Origin: a candidate division WOR-3 bacterium UBA3073
GTDB taxonomy: Bacteria; Hydrothermota; UBA3073
Direction of reading: 5' to 3'
Assembly: GCA_002366725.1 (NCBI GenBank)
Contig: DFBT01000095.1
Location: 4,910 to 68,909 of the forward strand
Length of the DNA stretch: 64,000 nucleotides
Positions within the stretch are counted from its first letter, which is position 1; each line of letters begins with the position of its first letter. The notes beneath the pieces were generated by a model. It worked only from the letters and a program-made list of their open reading frames with translations, was not told the origin of the DNA and made no database searches. The translations under genes and the position numbers were made by a program. Below are positions 31,919 through 42,455 of this stretch, one piece after another.

Positions 31919-33586
31919 TCACCCCATCCTCTTTCTCACCATCCGCTCTATCTCCCCACTCATTTTCACGACCTCCTCCTCTATCTCTTTTCTCTCATCC
32001 CCTATCCCTTTTCTGAATTCTTCATCCCTCACATTCGGAATGTTTATATCTACATTCAGTGCCGCCCCCTTAACCGCTGTCTCCGCCTCGAGTGCGGCAA
32101 CCGCGATGTCGGATATTGCATTCACATTACATATGCCCGCGGCATCTTTCAACAGCTCCATTATCTTTTTACCCTCATGCATAATCCTCAGGGGAACCAG
32201 GATCGCTTTTTTCGTTGCCTTTTCTACCGCCTCGTCTCTCTTCTTCTTATCCTCTTCTGTCTTTTTGGGAAGTCTCATTGCGGACATTATTCCGTTGAAT
32301 GCCTCTGTGTCCTCATCCACGAGTTTTATGAGTTCATCTTTTAATCCCTGTGCCTTCACACCAATTTCCTTGACCCTCTCCTGGGCGTCCTCGTATCCCT
32401 TTTTGCCCACAGTGAGAATGCAGACCATCGACAGGAGGGCACCGGAGAAGGCACCCGAAAGGGCAGATACACTCCCGCCCCCGGGTGCCGGTGAGTCCAT
32501 AGAGACCTCATCTATAAAATCCCTCGTTGCCGCATCGAGGAGGGATTTCTTGTTTTCTACCCTGTACTCAATTATCTTCTCCCCGGGGATAAATGGTTTT
32601 ATTTCTGACAATCCGAGTGTCTGAATGGCGATCCTTATGAGCTCCTTCTCGGGAACACCCGCAGACCTTCCCTGTCTCAGTAAATAGTGTCTTCCCGCCT
32701 CAAGTAGGGCATCCCTTGGAATAAGTCCTACGACCTCGCTTCCCGTCACGCGCAGTCCCAGCTTGTCTGCCTCTTTGCAGCACTCATCAAACACACGATA
32801 GAGTGGAGTTACCTTATAATTTGTAAGATTGATAGATATCTGCGCCATGTTATACTCGTCGATATACCAACCGACCGCCCTCACACACTTAAGTCTTCCC
32901 TTTTCTCTTACGATCTTACCCTCCTCATCCCTTAAAATCTTTCCCTTCTCATCCCTCTTTGCCCTGCCCATCTCGCGAATATTGAGGGCGACCTCATGAG
33001 CGAGCCTTTTATTTCTCGTATTCAAGTTTACATTGTATGCTATGAGAAACTCCCTCACCCCCACAACGGTCGCACCCGCCCTTTTGTCAAATCTCGCGGG
33101 ACCATAATCCGGTGCCCAGTTTGGGTTCTTGAGCTTCTCCGCGAGCCCTTCATATTCTCCCTTTCTTATATCAGCAAGGCTTTTTCTCTCGGGAGATGTA
33201 GCGGCATGTTCATAGAGATATACGGGTATTTCCAGATCGTCCCCCACTCTCTTGGCAAGTTTGTGTGCGAGCTCAACACACTCCTCTACGGTTATACCCG
33301 ATATGGGAACAAGCGGGCACACATCGGTCGCACCCATTCTCGGGTGTTCCCCCTTATGCACAGACATATCTATTAGCTCTTTTGCCTCTTTTATCGCCCG
33401 AAAAGCCGCCTCAACTACCGCTTCGGGTGTTCCGGCGAATGTTACAACGGTTCTGTTCGTCGCCTCACCGGGGTCGACATCAAGAAGCGTGGCCCCATCC
33501 ACCGCCTCTATCTCGTCGGTAATTGCCTTTACCACATGCCGGTCCCGTCCTTCGGAGAAATTGGGGATACATTCTACGAGAGCCAT
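31919..33586 (-). CDS. ftcD: Bifunctional glutamate formimidoyltransferase / formimidoyltetrahydrofolate cyclodeaminase
   Basis: N-term 'MALVECIPNFSEGRDRHVV' formiminotransferase; C-term cyclodeaminase 'SPAPGGGSVSALSGAFSGALLSMV'; 555 aa. Confidence 0.85.
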   Translation of the reverse strand: MALVECIPNFSEGRDRHVVKAITDEIEAVDGATLLDVDPGEATNRTVVTFAGTPEAVVEAAFRAIKEAKELIDMSVHKGEHPRMGATDVCPLVPISGITVEECVELAHKLAKRVGDDLEIPVYLYEHAATSPERKSLADIRKGEYEGLAEKLKNPNWAPDYGPARFDKRAGATVVGVREFLIAYNVNLNTRNKRLAHEVALNIREMGRAKRDEKGKILRDEEGKIVREKGRLKCVRAVGWYIDEYNMAQISINLTNYKVTPLYRVFDECCKEADKLGLRVTGSEVVGLIPRDALLEAGRHYLLRQGRSAGVPEKELIRIAIQTLGLSEIKPFIPGEKIIEYRVENKKSLLDAATRDFIDEVSMDSPAPGGGSVSALSGAFSGALLSMVCILTVGKKGYEDAQERVKEIGVKAQGLKDELIKLVDEDTEAFNGIMSAMRLPKKTEEDKKKRDEAVEKATKKAILVPLRIMHEGKKIMELLKDAAGICNVNAISDIAVAALEAETAVKGAALNVDINIPNVRDEEFRKGIGDERKEIEEEVVKMSGEIERMVRKRMG

Positions 33587-33987
33587 ACACCCCCCAGGGT
33601 AAAATCAAATATCAAATATCAAAAATTAAAATTGTTATTTTTGGACGCAGATTTACGCTGATACTTTAAGATTATAGAATTATTAAAGCGACGACCTTTA
33701 GAACAGAGTGCTTGCCAAAGCCAGAGTATAACAGAGTAGTGGATACTCTAATTACTTAATAAATTAATTACTATTTTCGTCTGCGCCTTTCTGCGTTTAC
33801 CCCGTTAAATAGAACTGTTTCGAGAACGCTCTGATATTTATCGTTATATTATTTAACGGGGTGAATCTGTCCCGCTTTCTTCGGGATCCCGCCAAAGGCG
33901 GGACGTCCGATTGGTTTTTTATTTTACACCAACTTTTCACTTTTGTCAAGTCTTTTTCAGAAAACATTGATTTTTTTCAAAAAAAAC

Positions 33988-34016
33988 TTGAAATTTTCGG
34001 AATTTTGTGTTATAAT
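33988..34016 (+). promoter_or_regulatory. Sigma70-like promoter upstream of folK (TTGAAA-17-TATAAT)
   Basis: Consensus-like hexamers with 17-nt spacer ~105 nt upstream of folK start. Confidence 0.5.
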
Positions 34017-34120
34017 ATATAGAAAGGGGATTCAATACATTTTTGTTTTTTTTAAATCTTTGTATCCTGGCTATTTTATGCCGTTTGCTTTTTGGGTGAG
34101 TTAAAGGAGTGTGATATTGA

Positions 34121-34615
34121 TTGTTAACATACCTAAGTCTCGGGTCTAATTTAGGAGAAAAGTTATTTAATCTTAAAGAAGCTGCAAAATCTCTTTCCAA
34201 CTACGGGAGAATCGTAAAGGCATCATCGGTTTACGAAACGGAACCTGTGACCGAGAGTCCACAGCCGATGTTTCTCAATTGTGTTCTCGAATACGATTTC
34301 TCCTCTGGCTCGCCGTTTGAACTCCTTAGATACATCCACGGAATAGAAACCCGTCTCGGCAGAGAAAGAGATGAAAGATCGGGGCCGAGAACGATTGATA
34401 TAGATATACTCTTTTTCGGCGATATGGTGATAAACGCACCCGGTATTGTTATACCTCATCCCAGACTTGCCGAGAGATTGTTCGTACTCATCCCCCTGAA
34501 GGAGATCGCCCCTCTTTTGATACATCCAAAGGAAAAGGTATCCATATTAGAACTATATAATAAAATCCATGAAAGTAATTACTACTTTGAGAAATATGCG
34601 GACCCTATCCAGTGA
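34121..34615 (+). CDS. folK: 2-amino-4-hydroxy-6-hydroxymethyldihydropteridine pyrophosphokinase (HPPK)
   Basis: 'YLSLGSNLGEK', 'YETEPV', 'RTIDIDILFFGD'; TTG start after AAAGGAG RBS. Confidence 0.85.
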   Translation: MLTYLSLGSNLGEKLFNLKEAAKSLSNYGRIVKASSVYETEPVTESPQPMFLNCVLEYDFSSGSPFELLRYIHGIETRLGRERDERSGPRTIDIDILFFGDMVINAPGIVIPHPRLAERLFVLIPLKEIAPLLIHPKEKVSILELYNKIHESNYYFEKYADPIQ

Positions 34616-35423
34616 ACTCCGCAGGGAGAAAATGATTGGGTTCGTTCCCACGATGGGCTTTTTACACGGGGGACATCTGTCTCTCGTAGACAGGGCTGTA
34701 TCTTTGTCTGATATCGTGGTGGTAAGCATATTCGTAAATCCAGAGCAGTTTGGACCATCCGAGGACTTTTTGACTTATCCAAGGGATTTTGGGCGTGACA
34801 GGCGACTCCTGGAAGAGAAAGGAGCTGATATAGTTTTCTATCCGGAGACCGAAGATATATATCCTCCGGGGTATTCGACCTATGTAGAGGTAGAGGGATT
34901 TGACACAACACTCTGTGGGGCAAGAAGACCCGGGCATATGAGGGGGGTTGCAACCATATGTATGAAACTTTTTAACATCGTGAAACCCCACCTTGCGGTA
35001 TTTGGTGAGAAAGATTATCAGCAGGCGGTGATGATTAAAAAAATGGTTTCTGATATGAATCTTGATATGGAGATAGTCACCTCTCCCACAGTTAGAGAAG
35101 AAGACGGGCTTGCTGTTTCTTCGAGGAATAGGTACTTAAATGAGGAAGAGAGGAGGGATGCCGCAGTTCTCTATCGCGCCTTGCTTCTTGGGAAAAAACT
35201 GATAGAAGGGGGTGAGGATAATGTGGATGAGGTTGTTGGCGCAATGGAAAAGATGATAGAAGAAAAAAAGACCGCACGAATTGAGTATATAGAGGTTGTT
35301 AATAGTGAGAACCTGAAACTTACAGAGAGGATAGATAGACCCGTACTGCTTGCCCTTTCAGTTCACTTCGGCGGGGCAAGGTTGATTGATAACATAATTG
35401 CAGTTCCAGAGGATGCAACTTAG
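34569..35423 (+). CDS. panC: Pantoate--beta-alanine ligase
   Basis: 'IGFVPTMGFLHGGHLSLV' HIGH-type motif; 284 aa; 47-nt overlap with folK. Confidence 0.9.
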   Translation: MKVITTLRNMRTLSSELRREKMIGFVPTMGFLHGGHLSLVDRAVSLSDIVVVSIFVNPEQFGPSEDFLTYPRDFGRDRRLLEEKGADIVFYPETEDIYPPGYSTYVEVEGFDTTLCGARRPGHMRGVATICMKLFNIVKPHLAVFGEKDYQQAVMIKKMVSDMNLDMEIVTSPTVREEDGLAVSSRNRYLNEEERRDAAVLYRALLLGKKLIEGGEDNVDEVVGAMEKMIEEKKTARIEYIEVVNSENLKLTERIDRPVLLALSVHFGGARLIDNIIAVPEDAT

Positions 35424-35524
35424 GAGAACCACAAAGGCACGAAGAACACGAAGTTCACCAAGAATACGAAGGAAAAAATAAATATAAAATCTTGGTGTCT
35501 TTGTGTCTTGGTGGTGAATGGAGT

Positions 35525-37309
35525 ATGGATAAGAGGAATTTTTGTATAATTGCCCATATAGATCACGGAAAGTCTACCCTTGCCGACAGGATGCTTGAGA
35601 TCACGAATACCATCCCGAGGAGACTTATGAGAGACCAGGTTCTGGATAGGATGGAACTTGAAAGGGAGCACGGGATAACGATAAAGGCGCATCCCATAAG
35701 AATGAGATACAAAGGGTATATATTCAACCTCATAGATACCCCGGGACATGTTGATTTTTCTTACGAGGTGACGAGGAGTCTTGCCGCCTGTGAGGGGGCG
35801 GTTCTGCTCGTAGATGCAGTCCAGGGGGTTCAGGCACAGACTGTGAGTAATCTTTATATGGCACTCGATGCCGGTCTCACAATAATTCCGGTTATAAACA
35901 AGATCGACCTTCCAAATGCTCATATTGACGATGTGAGGGAAGAGTTAATGACCCTCTTGGATACAGAAGAGATACTTCTTATATCGGCAAAGAATGGATG
36001 GGGGGTCGTAGAACTTATGGACGCGATAATAGAGAGAATTCCGCCACCGCGAAGTGAGAGTTCTCACTTACGGGCACTCGTATTCGACTCGTACTACGAT
36101 GAATATAGGGGGGCTATCCCCTATGTAAGGATTATGAGCGGGGATGTAAGTGCCGGGGATGTAATTCGATTTTTTAGAACCGGAAAGAGTTTCGAGGCAC
36201 AGGAAGTAGGTTACTTCTCACCCGACAGGACGAAATCAGAGGTGCTTGAATCGGGGGATGTGGGATACATAATATGCAATATAAGAAACGCGAAGGATAT
36301 AAGGACGGGAGACACCATAGTAAAATCAAAAATCAAAAATCAAATATCAAAAATTGGGACTCAAAATGTGGAGCCTCTCCCGGGCTATCGTGAGGTGACT
36401 CCGTATGTTTACGCCGGGGTATATCCAGCGGACGGTGAGGATTACGATTCGTTAAAGGAGGCGCTCGAGAAACTTGCCCTCACAGATTCAAGTCTTGTTT
36501 TCGAACCAGAGACATCGTCTGCACTTGGATTTGGGTTTAGGTGTGGATTTCTCGGTATGCTTCACAAAAAGGTTATAGAGGAAAGACTGGAGAGAGAGAT
36601 GGGTATCGCCATAGTGTCCACCTCCCCCAATATAAAGTACAGGATTGCTCTCCGTAATGGAAGTAGCACCTGGATCGAGAATCCCGGACAGCTTCCCAAA
36701 CGCACCGAAGTTGAGAACATAGATGAACCGATCGTGAGGGCAAAAATATTCACACCCCCGGAGTATATAGGAAAGATACTTGAGCTTTGCGAAGGGAAAA
36801 GGGGTATACAGAGATCCATTCTTTATCACAGGGAGAATATGGTGGAGATAGAATACGAGATGCCACTCTCCGAGATCATATTTGACTTCTACGACAGCCT
36901 GAAGTCCATATCCTGCGGTTTTGCTTCCCTTGACTATGAATTCATTGACTACAGAACCGGAGATTTTGTGAAGCTCGATATACTGGTCAATGGAAAACAG
37001 GTAGATGCCTTTTCAAGTATAATCCCGAGAGAGAGGGCATACCACGAGGGGGTAAGATTGACGAGAAGGCTGAAAAAGATTATACCGAGACAGTTGTTCG
37101 AGGTTGTGATACAGGCATCCAGTGATGGCAGGATCATAGCGAAGTCGAGGATTGCGCCAATAAGAAAGGATGTGACGGCGAAGTGCTATGGTGGGGATAT
37201 AACCAGAAAGCGTAAATTGCTTGAGAGACAGAAAGAGGGGAAGAAAAAGATGAAACGCATAGGGATGGTTGAGATGCCAAAGGAGGCGTTTCTTGTGGTG
37301 AGAGAATGA
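35525..37309 (+). CDS. lepA: Elongation factor 4 (LepA)
   Basis: 'NFCIIAHIDHGKSTLADRMLE', 'DTPGHVDFSYEV', LepA C-terminal domain; contains 12-aa in-frame insertion encoded by the AAAATCAAAAATC repeat. Confidence 0.95.
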   Translation: MDKRNFCIIAHIDHGKSTLADRMLEITNTIPRRLMRDQVLDRMELEREHGITIKAHPIRMRYKGYIFNLIDTPGHVDFSYEVTRSLAACEGAVLLVDAVQGVQAQTVSNLYMALDAGLTIIPVINKIDLPNAHIDDVREELMTLLDTEEILLISAKNGWGVVELMDAIIERIPPPRSESSHLRALVFDSYYDEYRGAIPYVRIMSGDVSAGDVIRFFRTGKSFEAQEVGYFSPDRTKSEVLESGDVGYIICNIRNAKDIRTGDTIVKSKIKNQISKIGTQNVEPLPGYREVTPYVYAGVYPADGEDYDSLKEALEKLALTDSSLVFEPETSSALGFGFRCGFLGMLHKKVIEERLEREMGIAIVSTSPNIKYRIALRNGSSTWIENPGQLPKRTEVENIDEPIVRAKIFTPPEYIGKILELCEGKRGIQRSILYHRENMVEIEYEMPLSEIIFDFYDSLKSISCGFASLDYEFIDYRTGDFVKLDILVNGKQVDAFSSIIPRERAYHEGVRLTRRLKKIIPRQLFEVVIQASSDGRIIAKSRIAPIRKDVTAKCYGGDITRKRKLLERQKEGKKKMKRIGMVEMPKEAFLVVRE

Positions 37310-37426
37310 TTTTGTAACCTTCTGCCTCGAAATGCAACTATATATGTAGCTCCTATCAAATATTCTCTGGTCGAGGTAGCGTGTGGTTAATGAGGCTATG
37401 CTTATGACTTTTACAGGGGGTTCTAA

Positions 37427-38116
37427 ATGAGAGATAAGAAGAAATCCAACTGGTTACTTGATTTGTTATATATTGTTGTGGCAGTGCTCTTTATAAGGGC
37501 ATATGTGATTCAGGCATACAAAATACCCACGGGTTCTATGGAGGACACACTGCTCATTGGCGACTTCCTCTTTGCCACGAAGTTCAACTTTGGGTTGCAG
37601 GTTCCATTTCAAAACAAGATGGTATTCAAATGGAGTCGACCCAAAAGGGGAGAGATCATCATCTTCAAATATCCACTCGAGCATAAAGACTTCGTCAAGC
37701 GATGTGTGGCGATCGCGGGGGATACCGTTGAGATAAGAAACAAGGTATTGTATGTTAATGGAGAGAGGGTAGATGAACCCTATGTCGTTCACAAAGATAG
37801 AAGGATGTTTCCCCCACTCGAGGTGAACGACCTGAAACGCTATCAGAAATTGTGGGAAGACGACAATTTCCTGAATGCGGGGGGATATGTGAGGGATAAC
37901 TTCGGACCCGTGGAGGTTCCCGAGGGCACCGTGTTCTTGATGGGCGACAACAGAGATAACTCGTATGATTCGCGATATTGGGGACCATTACCTTATGATA
38001 ACCTGAGGGGAAGGCCGTTTATGATCCATTGGTCCTGGGAAAAGGGAATCCCCATGTATAAGTTGATGAGGAAGATACGGTGGGACAGGATTGGAATGAT
38101 AGTAACGAGTATATAA
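37427..38116 (+). CDS. lepB: Signal peptidase I
   Basis: TM anchor, catalytic Ser 'PTGSMEDTL' and Lys box 'KRCVAIAGD', 'GDNRDNSYDSRYWG'. Confidence 0.9.
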   Translation: MRDKKKSNWLLDLLYIVVAVLFIRAYVIQAYKIPTGSMEDTLLIGDFLFATKFNFGLQVPFQNKMVFKWSRPKRGEIIIFKYPLEHKDFVKRCVAIAGDTVEIRNKVLYVNGERVDEPYVVHKDRRMFPPLEVNDLKRYQKLWEDDNFLNAGGYVRDNFGPVEVPEGTVFLMGDNRDNSYDSRYWGPLPYDNLRGRPFMIHWSWEKGIPMYKLMRKIRWDRIGMIVTSI

Positions 38117-38292
38117 AGGATAAAGGAAAAAGTAGGAGCGATCTCTACTCTAAAATTATTTTTTAAACATTTCGTAATCTTGTTCTTTAATAGGTTAAAA
38201 GAAGAACATTTGGTAATTAAAAAAAGAAATGAAAAAAATCTTAATAATCAGCGTAAATCTGCGTCCTAAAATAACAATCTTAATTTTTGATT

Positions 38293-38312
38293 CCTGCCTA
38301 CCGGCAGGCAGG
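38293..38312. repeat. 20-bp palindrome CCTGCCTACCGGCAGGCAGG followed by TTTAATTTT
   Basis: Between lepB and grpE; terminator-like. Confidence 0.85.
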
Positions 38313-38335
38313 TTTAATTTTGCTCTGGGGGGTGT

Positions 38336-38812
38336 ATGGGTAAGAAAAAAATAAAGAAGGAGCTTGAAGAAGAATTGAAAACCAAGAACAAGGAGATCGG
38401 GGAGTTGAAGCATAAATATCTTATGGCACTTGCGGACCTTGAAAACTACAAGAAGCGTATGAAAAGGGAATTTGAGGAATTTATGAAGTATGCAAATGAG
38501 GGACTCCTCAAGGAACTCATTCCGGTTGTCGATAATTTTGAGAGGGCACTCAAAGTGAAACATAAAGACGATACATTCTTCAAGGGCATCGAACTGATAT
38601 ATAAACACCTTTTAAGCATATTAAAGAAAGAGGGGGTTGAGGCATTTGAATCGGTGGGCAAGGAGTTTGACTCCAGATACCATGAAGCGGTATCTGTAGT
38701 TCCCTCTAAGCATAAGGATGGGATTGTTGTCGAAGAATTGGAAAAAGGGTACAGCCTAAAGGGAAAGCTCGCCCGACCCGCAAGGGTTGTGGTGGCGCAG
38801 AAAAGGAGGTGA
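38336..38812 (+). CDS. grpE: Nucleotide exchange factor GrpE
   Basis: Coiled-coil N-term, '[15 protein letters not shown]', C-terminal beta-domain; precedes dnaK. Confidence 0.9.
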   Translation: MGKKKIKKELEEELKTKNKEIGELKHKYLMALADLENYKKRMKREFEEFMKYANEGLLKELIPVVDNFERALKVKHKDDTFFKGIELIYKHLLSILKKEGVEAFESVGKEFDSRYHEAVSVVPSKHKDGIVVEELEKGYSLKGKLARPARVVVAQKRR

Positions 38813-38816
38813 TATT

Positions 38817-40808
38817 ATGGCAAAGAAAGAGAGGGTAATAGGTATAGACCTTGGAACGACAAATTCCTGTGTTGCTATCGTGGATGGTAGTGAGAGGGTT
38901 GTCATACCCAATCCCGAAGGTGGCAGAACCACACCATCTGTGGTTGCATTTAGTACAAAGACAAAGGAATGGGTTATTGGTCCTTCGGCGAAGAGACAGA
39001 TGATAACAAATCCAGAGAATACGATATATTCCATAAAGAGGTTTATGGGCAGGAGATATAACGAGGTCACAGAGGAGATGAAACTTGTGCCGTATAAGGT
39101 TGCAGAGGGTCCACATAAAGATGCAAGGGTACTTGTTGCCGGCAAGCAGTTTTCACCGCCCGAAATATCTTCTATGATACTCAAATACCTTAAGGAGGCA
39201 GCGGAGGCATATCTCGGAGAGAAGGTCACAAAGGCAGTGGTTACCGTTCCCGCTTATTTCAACGATTCGCAGAGACAGGCAACGAAGGATGCCGGAAAGA
39301 TAGCGGGGCTTGAGCTGCCGAGAATCATAAACGAACCAACCGCCGCATCGCTTGCATACGGTCTCGGTTCCTCAAAGAAACAGAGGGTTGCGGTGTTTGA
39401 CCTGGGTGGCGGAACATTCGATATATCCATCCTGGAGATAGACATGAGAGAGACACCGCCGGTAATTGAGGTTATCGCGGTAAATGGTGATACGCACCTC
39501 GGTGGAGACAATTTTGACCAGCAGATATTGGATTGGATTGCCGATGAGTTCCGAAAAGAACACGGAATCGATTTGAGGAAGGACAAGGCAGCCCTTCAGC
39601 GTATCAGAGATGCCGCAGAGAAGGCAAAATGCGAACTCTCTACGGTTCTTGAGATCGACATCAATCTTCCCTTCGTCACGGCGGACGCATCAGGTCCAAA
39701 GCATCTCGAGATGAAGCTGACGAGGGCGAAACTCGAATCGCTGGTGTCGGATCTACTGGGACGCATGAGACCGCCAACGGAAAGGGCGCTTGAAGATGCA
39801 TCGAAGAAGGCAGGCTCCGGTATAAAGGGCATTGAGGATATAGACGAGGTAGTACTCGTGGGTGGTATGACGAGGATGCCAAAGGTGCAGGAGTTTGTCA
39901 AGGTTTTCTTTGGTAGAGAGCCACACAAGGGTGTAAATCCCGACGAGGTTGTTGCGATCGGCGCGAGCATTATGGGTGATATGCTTTCAACGGGAGAAGA
40001 GGGGAAAAAGGAAGTTCTTCTTTTGGATGTAACCCCACTCACACTTGGTATCGAGACACTTGGAGGGGTTATGACGCCGATAATACCGAGAAATACCACG
40101 ATTCCCACCCGTAAGAGTCAGATATTTACGACTGCACAGGATGGACAAACAGCCGTTACCATACATGTACTTCAGGGAGAACGTCCAATGGCAACGGACA
40201 ATCGCACACTCGGCAGATTTGACCTTATGGGTATTCCCCCCGCTCCGAGGGGAATTCCACAGATTGAGGTTACATTTGATACAGATGCCGATGGAATAAT
40301 GCATGTCTCTGCCAAGGACAAGGCAACGAGCAAGGAGCAATCTATCCGTATAACATCCTCCTCGGGGTTATCCAAGGAAGAGATAGAGAAGATGCAGAAG
40401 GAGGCGAAAGAGCACGAGGCGGAAGATAGGAAGAAAAAGGAGCTGATAGAAGCGAGAAACCAGGCAGATACAGTCATTTATTCGGTAGAGAAGTCATTGA
40501 AGGAATTTGGCGATAAGGTGACGCAGGAGGAGAGAGGTGCCATAGAGAATGCCATCGCATCTTTGAAGAAGGTGAAAAATGGTAATGATACAGAGGCAAT
40601 AAAGAAAGCGATGGACGGGGTGCAAAAGGCATCTTATAAATTGGCTGAAGAGATGTACAAGAAGACGGAGGAGGGTAAGACGGAGGAGGGTAAGACGGAG
40701 GAGGGTAAGACAGAGAAGAAGGAGGAACCCAAAAAGGAGGAAGGTCCACAGGAGGCAGAGTACGAGGTGGTAGATGAGGAAGAGAAGAAGAATGATGAGG
40801 ATAAGTAG
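38817..40808 (+). CDS. dnaK: Chaperone DnaK (Hsp70)
   Basis: '[14 protein letters not shown]', 'DLGGGTFD', '[10 protein letters not shown]'; start at ATG after AAAAGGAGGTGA; C-terminal (KTEEG)x3 repeat. Confidence 0.95.
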   Translation: MAKKERVIGIDLGTTNSCVAIVDGSERVVIPNPEGGRTTPSVVAFSTKTKEWVIGPSAKRQMITNPENTIYSIKRFMGRRYNEVTEEMKLVPYKVAEGPHKDARVLVAGKQFSPPEISSMILKYLKEAAEAYLGEKVTKAVVTVPAYFNDSQRQATKDAGKIAGLELPRIINEPTAASLAYGLGSSKKQRVAVFDLGGGTFDISILEIDMRETPPVIEVIAVNGDTHLGGDNFDQQILDWIADEFRKEHGIDLRKDKAALQRIRDAAEKAKCELSTVLEIDINLPFVTADASGPKHLEMKLTRAKLESLVSDLLGRMRPPTERALEDASKKAGSGIKGIEDIDEVVLVGGMTRMPKVQEFVKVFFGREPHKGVNPDEVVAIGASIMGDMLSTGEEGKKEVLLLDVTPLTLGIETLGGVMTPIIPRNTTIPTRKSQIFTTAQDGQTAVTIHVLQGERPMATDNRTLGRFDLMGIPPAPRGIPQIEVTFDTDADGIMHVSAKDKATSKEQSIRITSSSGLSKEEIEKMQKEAKEHEAEDRKKKELIEARNQADTVIYSVEKSLKEFGDKVTQEERGAIENAIASLKKVKNGNDTEAIKKAMDGVQKASYKLAEEMYKKTEEGKTEEGKTEEGKTEKKEEPKKEEGPQEAEYEVVDEEEKKNDEDK

Positions 40809-40923
40809 GGCGTAGGGAGTAGGGCGTAAGGCGTAGGCGATTAAGTAGTAGGCAGTATGCAGTTATCTGTAACCTACAATCCAAAATCTACAATCTATCT
40901 GCATGACCCAATGACTAAATGTT

Positions 40924-42039
40924 ATGGCAAAGGATTACTACGAAATACTCGGGGTCTCAAAGGATGTATCATCGGATGAGATAAAGACAGCTTACAGGAA
41001 ACTCGCGAGGAAATACCATCCGGATATGAACCCCAATAATAAGAGTGAAGCCGAGGAAAGGTTCAAAGAGATTTCAGAGGCGTATGATGTGCTTATAGAC
41101 CCCCAGAAGAGGGCTGCATATGATAGGTATGGACCCGAAGGCGTATCTCAGAGGTACGGGCCCGGTGGTTTTGATATGGGAGACTTCGTGAGGATGCATC
41201 AGACCGACCTGGGTGATTTATTCAGCGAGATATTTAGGGGTGGATTTGGCGATTTCATTGGAGGAGGGTCCATATTTGACGAGTTTTTTGGTGGTAGAAC
41301 GACCGGAACAAGAAGGCGTGTAACCCGCGGAGGGGATATGAGGGTGAGGATACCCCTCACCCTTAAGGAGATCTACAGCGGGGTGGAGAAAACAATCCGT
41401 GTCAAACGCTATGAGAGATGCGAGGTCTGTGGTGGCAAAGGGGGAAAGGGCTCAAAGGTTTGTCCCGTATGTGGTGGGCAGGGAAGGGTGAGGCAAACCC
41501 AGCGTACAATATTTGGTCAGTTCTCGAGCGTCTCTGCCTGTCCAAATTGTGAAGGTTCGGGAAGAGTTATAGAAGAACCGTGCCTTACCTGTAACGGTAC
41601 CGGAGTTATAAAAAAGACGGCGACAATAAAGGTAAAAATACCGGCGGGGGTGCAGAACGGGAATTATCTTTCGTTGAGAGGTCAGGGAAATGCGGGTGAG
41701 CATGGGGGGCCGACGGGAGACCTCATAGTGGTTGTGGAGGAGAAACCCGATCCCCTATTTACCCGCAGGGGAAACGATGTACACATCAGGGTTCCACTTC
41801 CGTACCCGGTGGCAGTTCTGGGGGGTAAGATTAAGGTAAGAACACTTTCCGGGAATGTGAATTTAAAGATTCCATCCGGAACACAGTCGGGACAGATGTT
41901 TAAATTGCGGGGTAGGGGTATGCCGAAACTTGGCGGGTATGGCAGGGGAAACCAGTTGGTAGAGGTGTTCGTGGATGTCCCGAGGAATCCGTCGAGGGAG
42001 ACGAGAGAACTCATAGAGAAATTATCAAGGCTACTGTAA
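40924..42039 (+). CDS. dnaJ: Chaperone DnaJ
   Basis: J-domain '[10 protein letters not shown]...KYHPD', G/F region, four CxxCxGxG zinc-finger repeats. Confidence 0.95.
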   Translation: MAKDYYEILGVSKDVSSDEIKTAYRKLARKYHPDMNPNNKSEAEERFKEISEAYDVLIDPQKRAAYDRYGPEGVSQRYGPGGFDMGDFVRMHQTDLGDLFSEIFRGGFGDFIGGGSIFDEFFGGRTTGTRRRVTRGGDMRVRIPLTLKEIYSGVEKTIRVKRYERCEVCGGKGGKGSKVCPVCGGQGRVRQTQRTIFGQFSSVSACPNCEGSGRVIEEPCLTCNGTGVIKKTATIKVKIPAGVQNGNYLSLRGQGNAGEHGGPTGDLIVVVEEKPDPLFTRRGNDVHIRVPLPYPVAVLGGKIKVRTLSGNVNLKIPSGTQSGQMFKLRGRGMPKLGGYGRGNQLVEVFVDVPRNPSRETRELIEKLSRLL

Positions 42040-42080
42040 ACAATTGTAGGAGAATTGAAGAAATAAAAATAACAGGGATT

Positions 42081-42152
42081 GCCTCCCTGTCCATACGGAT
42101 CCGTAGGGACCGGTAGGCAGGGAAGAGAATATATCCATACGGATCCGTAGGG
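42081..42152. repeat. Split palindrome copy with two CCATACGGATCCGTAGGGA modules
   Basis: Downstream of dnaJ. Confidence 0.8.
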
Positions 42153-42221
42153 AAGAGAAAAGAAAAAAAGGACAAAAAATCTCTTCAATCTGCGTTTATC
42201 TGCGTTCTGAAAAAGAGGGAT

Positions 42222-42455
42222 ATGAAATCGGGGATATATAGGTTTAAGACCTTTGAGGAAGCAAACAGGTCTTATTTCGAGCGTTGGCTTGAGAAGGGAA
42301 AAAAACTCGAGGACATTGATACCTATGAGTATATGAGAACCAGGATTAAAGCCTACCCCCCGGGGGTATATAGATTTAGAACACCCGAGGAGAAGCACAA
42401 AGATGAAGCCTTGAGGGTAGTCAAGGCATGGGAGAAGAAAATTGAAAATAGATAA
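42222..42455 (+). CDS. Small hypothetical protein with internal duplication (GIYRFKTFEE / GVYRFRTPEE)
   Basis: 77-aa ORF, 14-nt overlap with downstream nucleotidyltransferase gene; no family recognised. Confidence 0.4.
   Translation: MKSGIYRFKTFEEANRSYFERWLEKGKKLEDIDTYEYMRTRIKAYPPGVYRFRTPEEKHKDEALRVVKAWEKKIENR

Noticed and set aside
31863-32624. Plus-strand ORFs of 253 and 149 aa
   Set aside because: They are antisense to ftcD, S/F/P-rich, with no RBS. These are shadow ORFs.
33946-34200. 84-aa minus-strand ORF in the ftcD-folK spacer
   Set aside because: It overlaps the folK promoter and start, is K/N-rich as expected for AT-rich spacer, and has no RBS.
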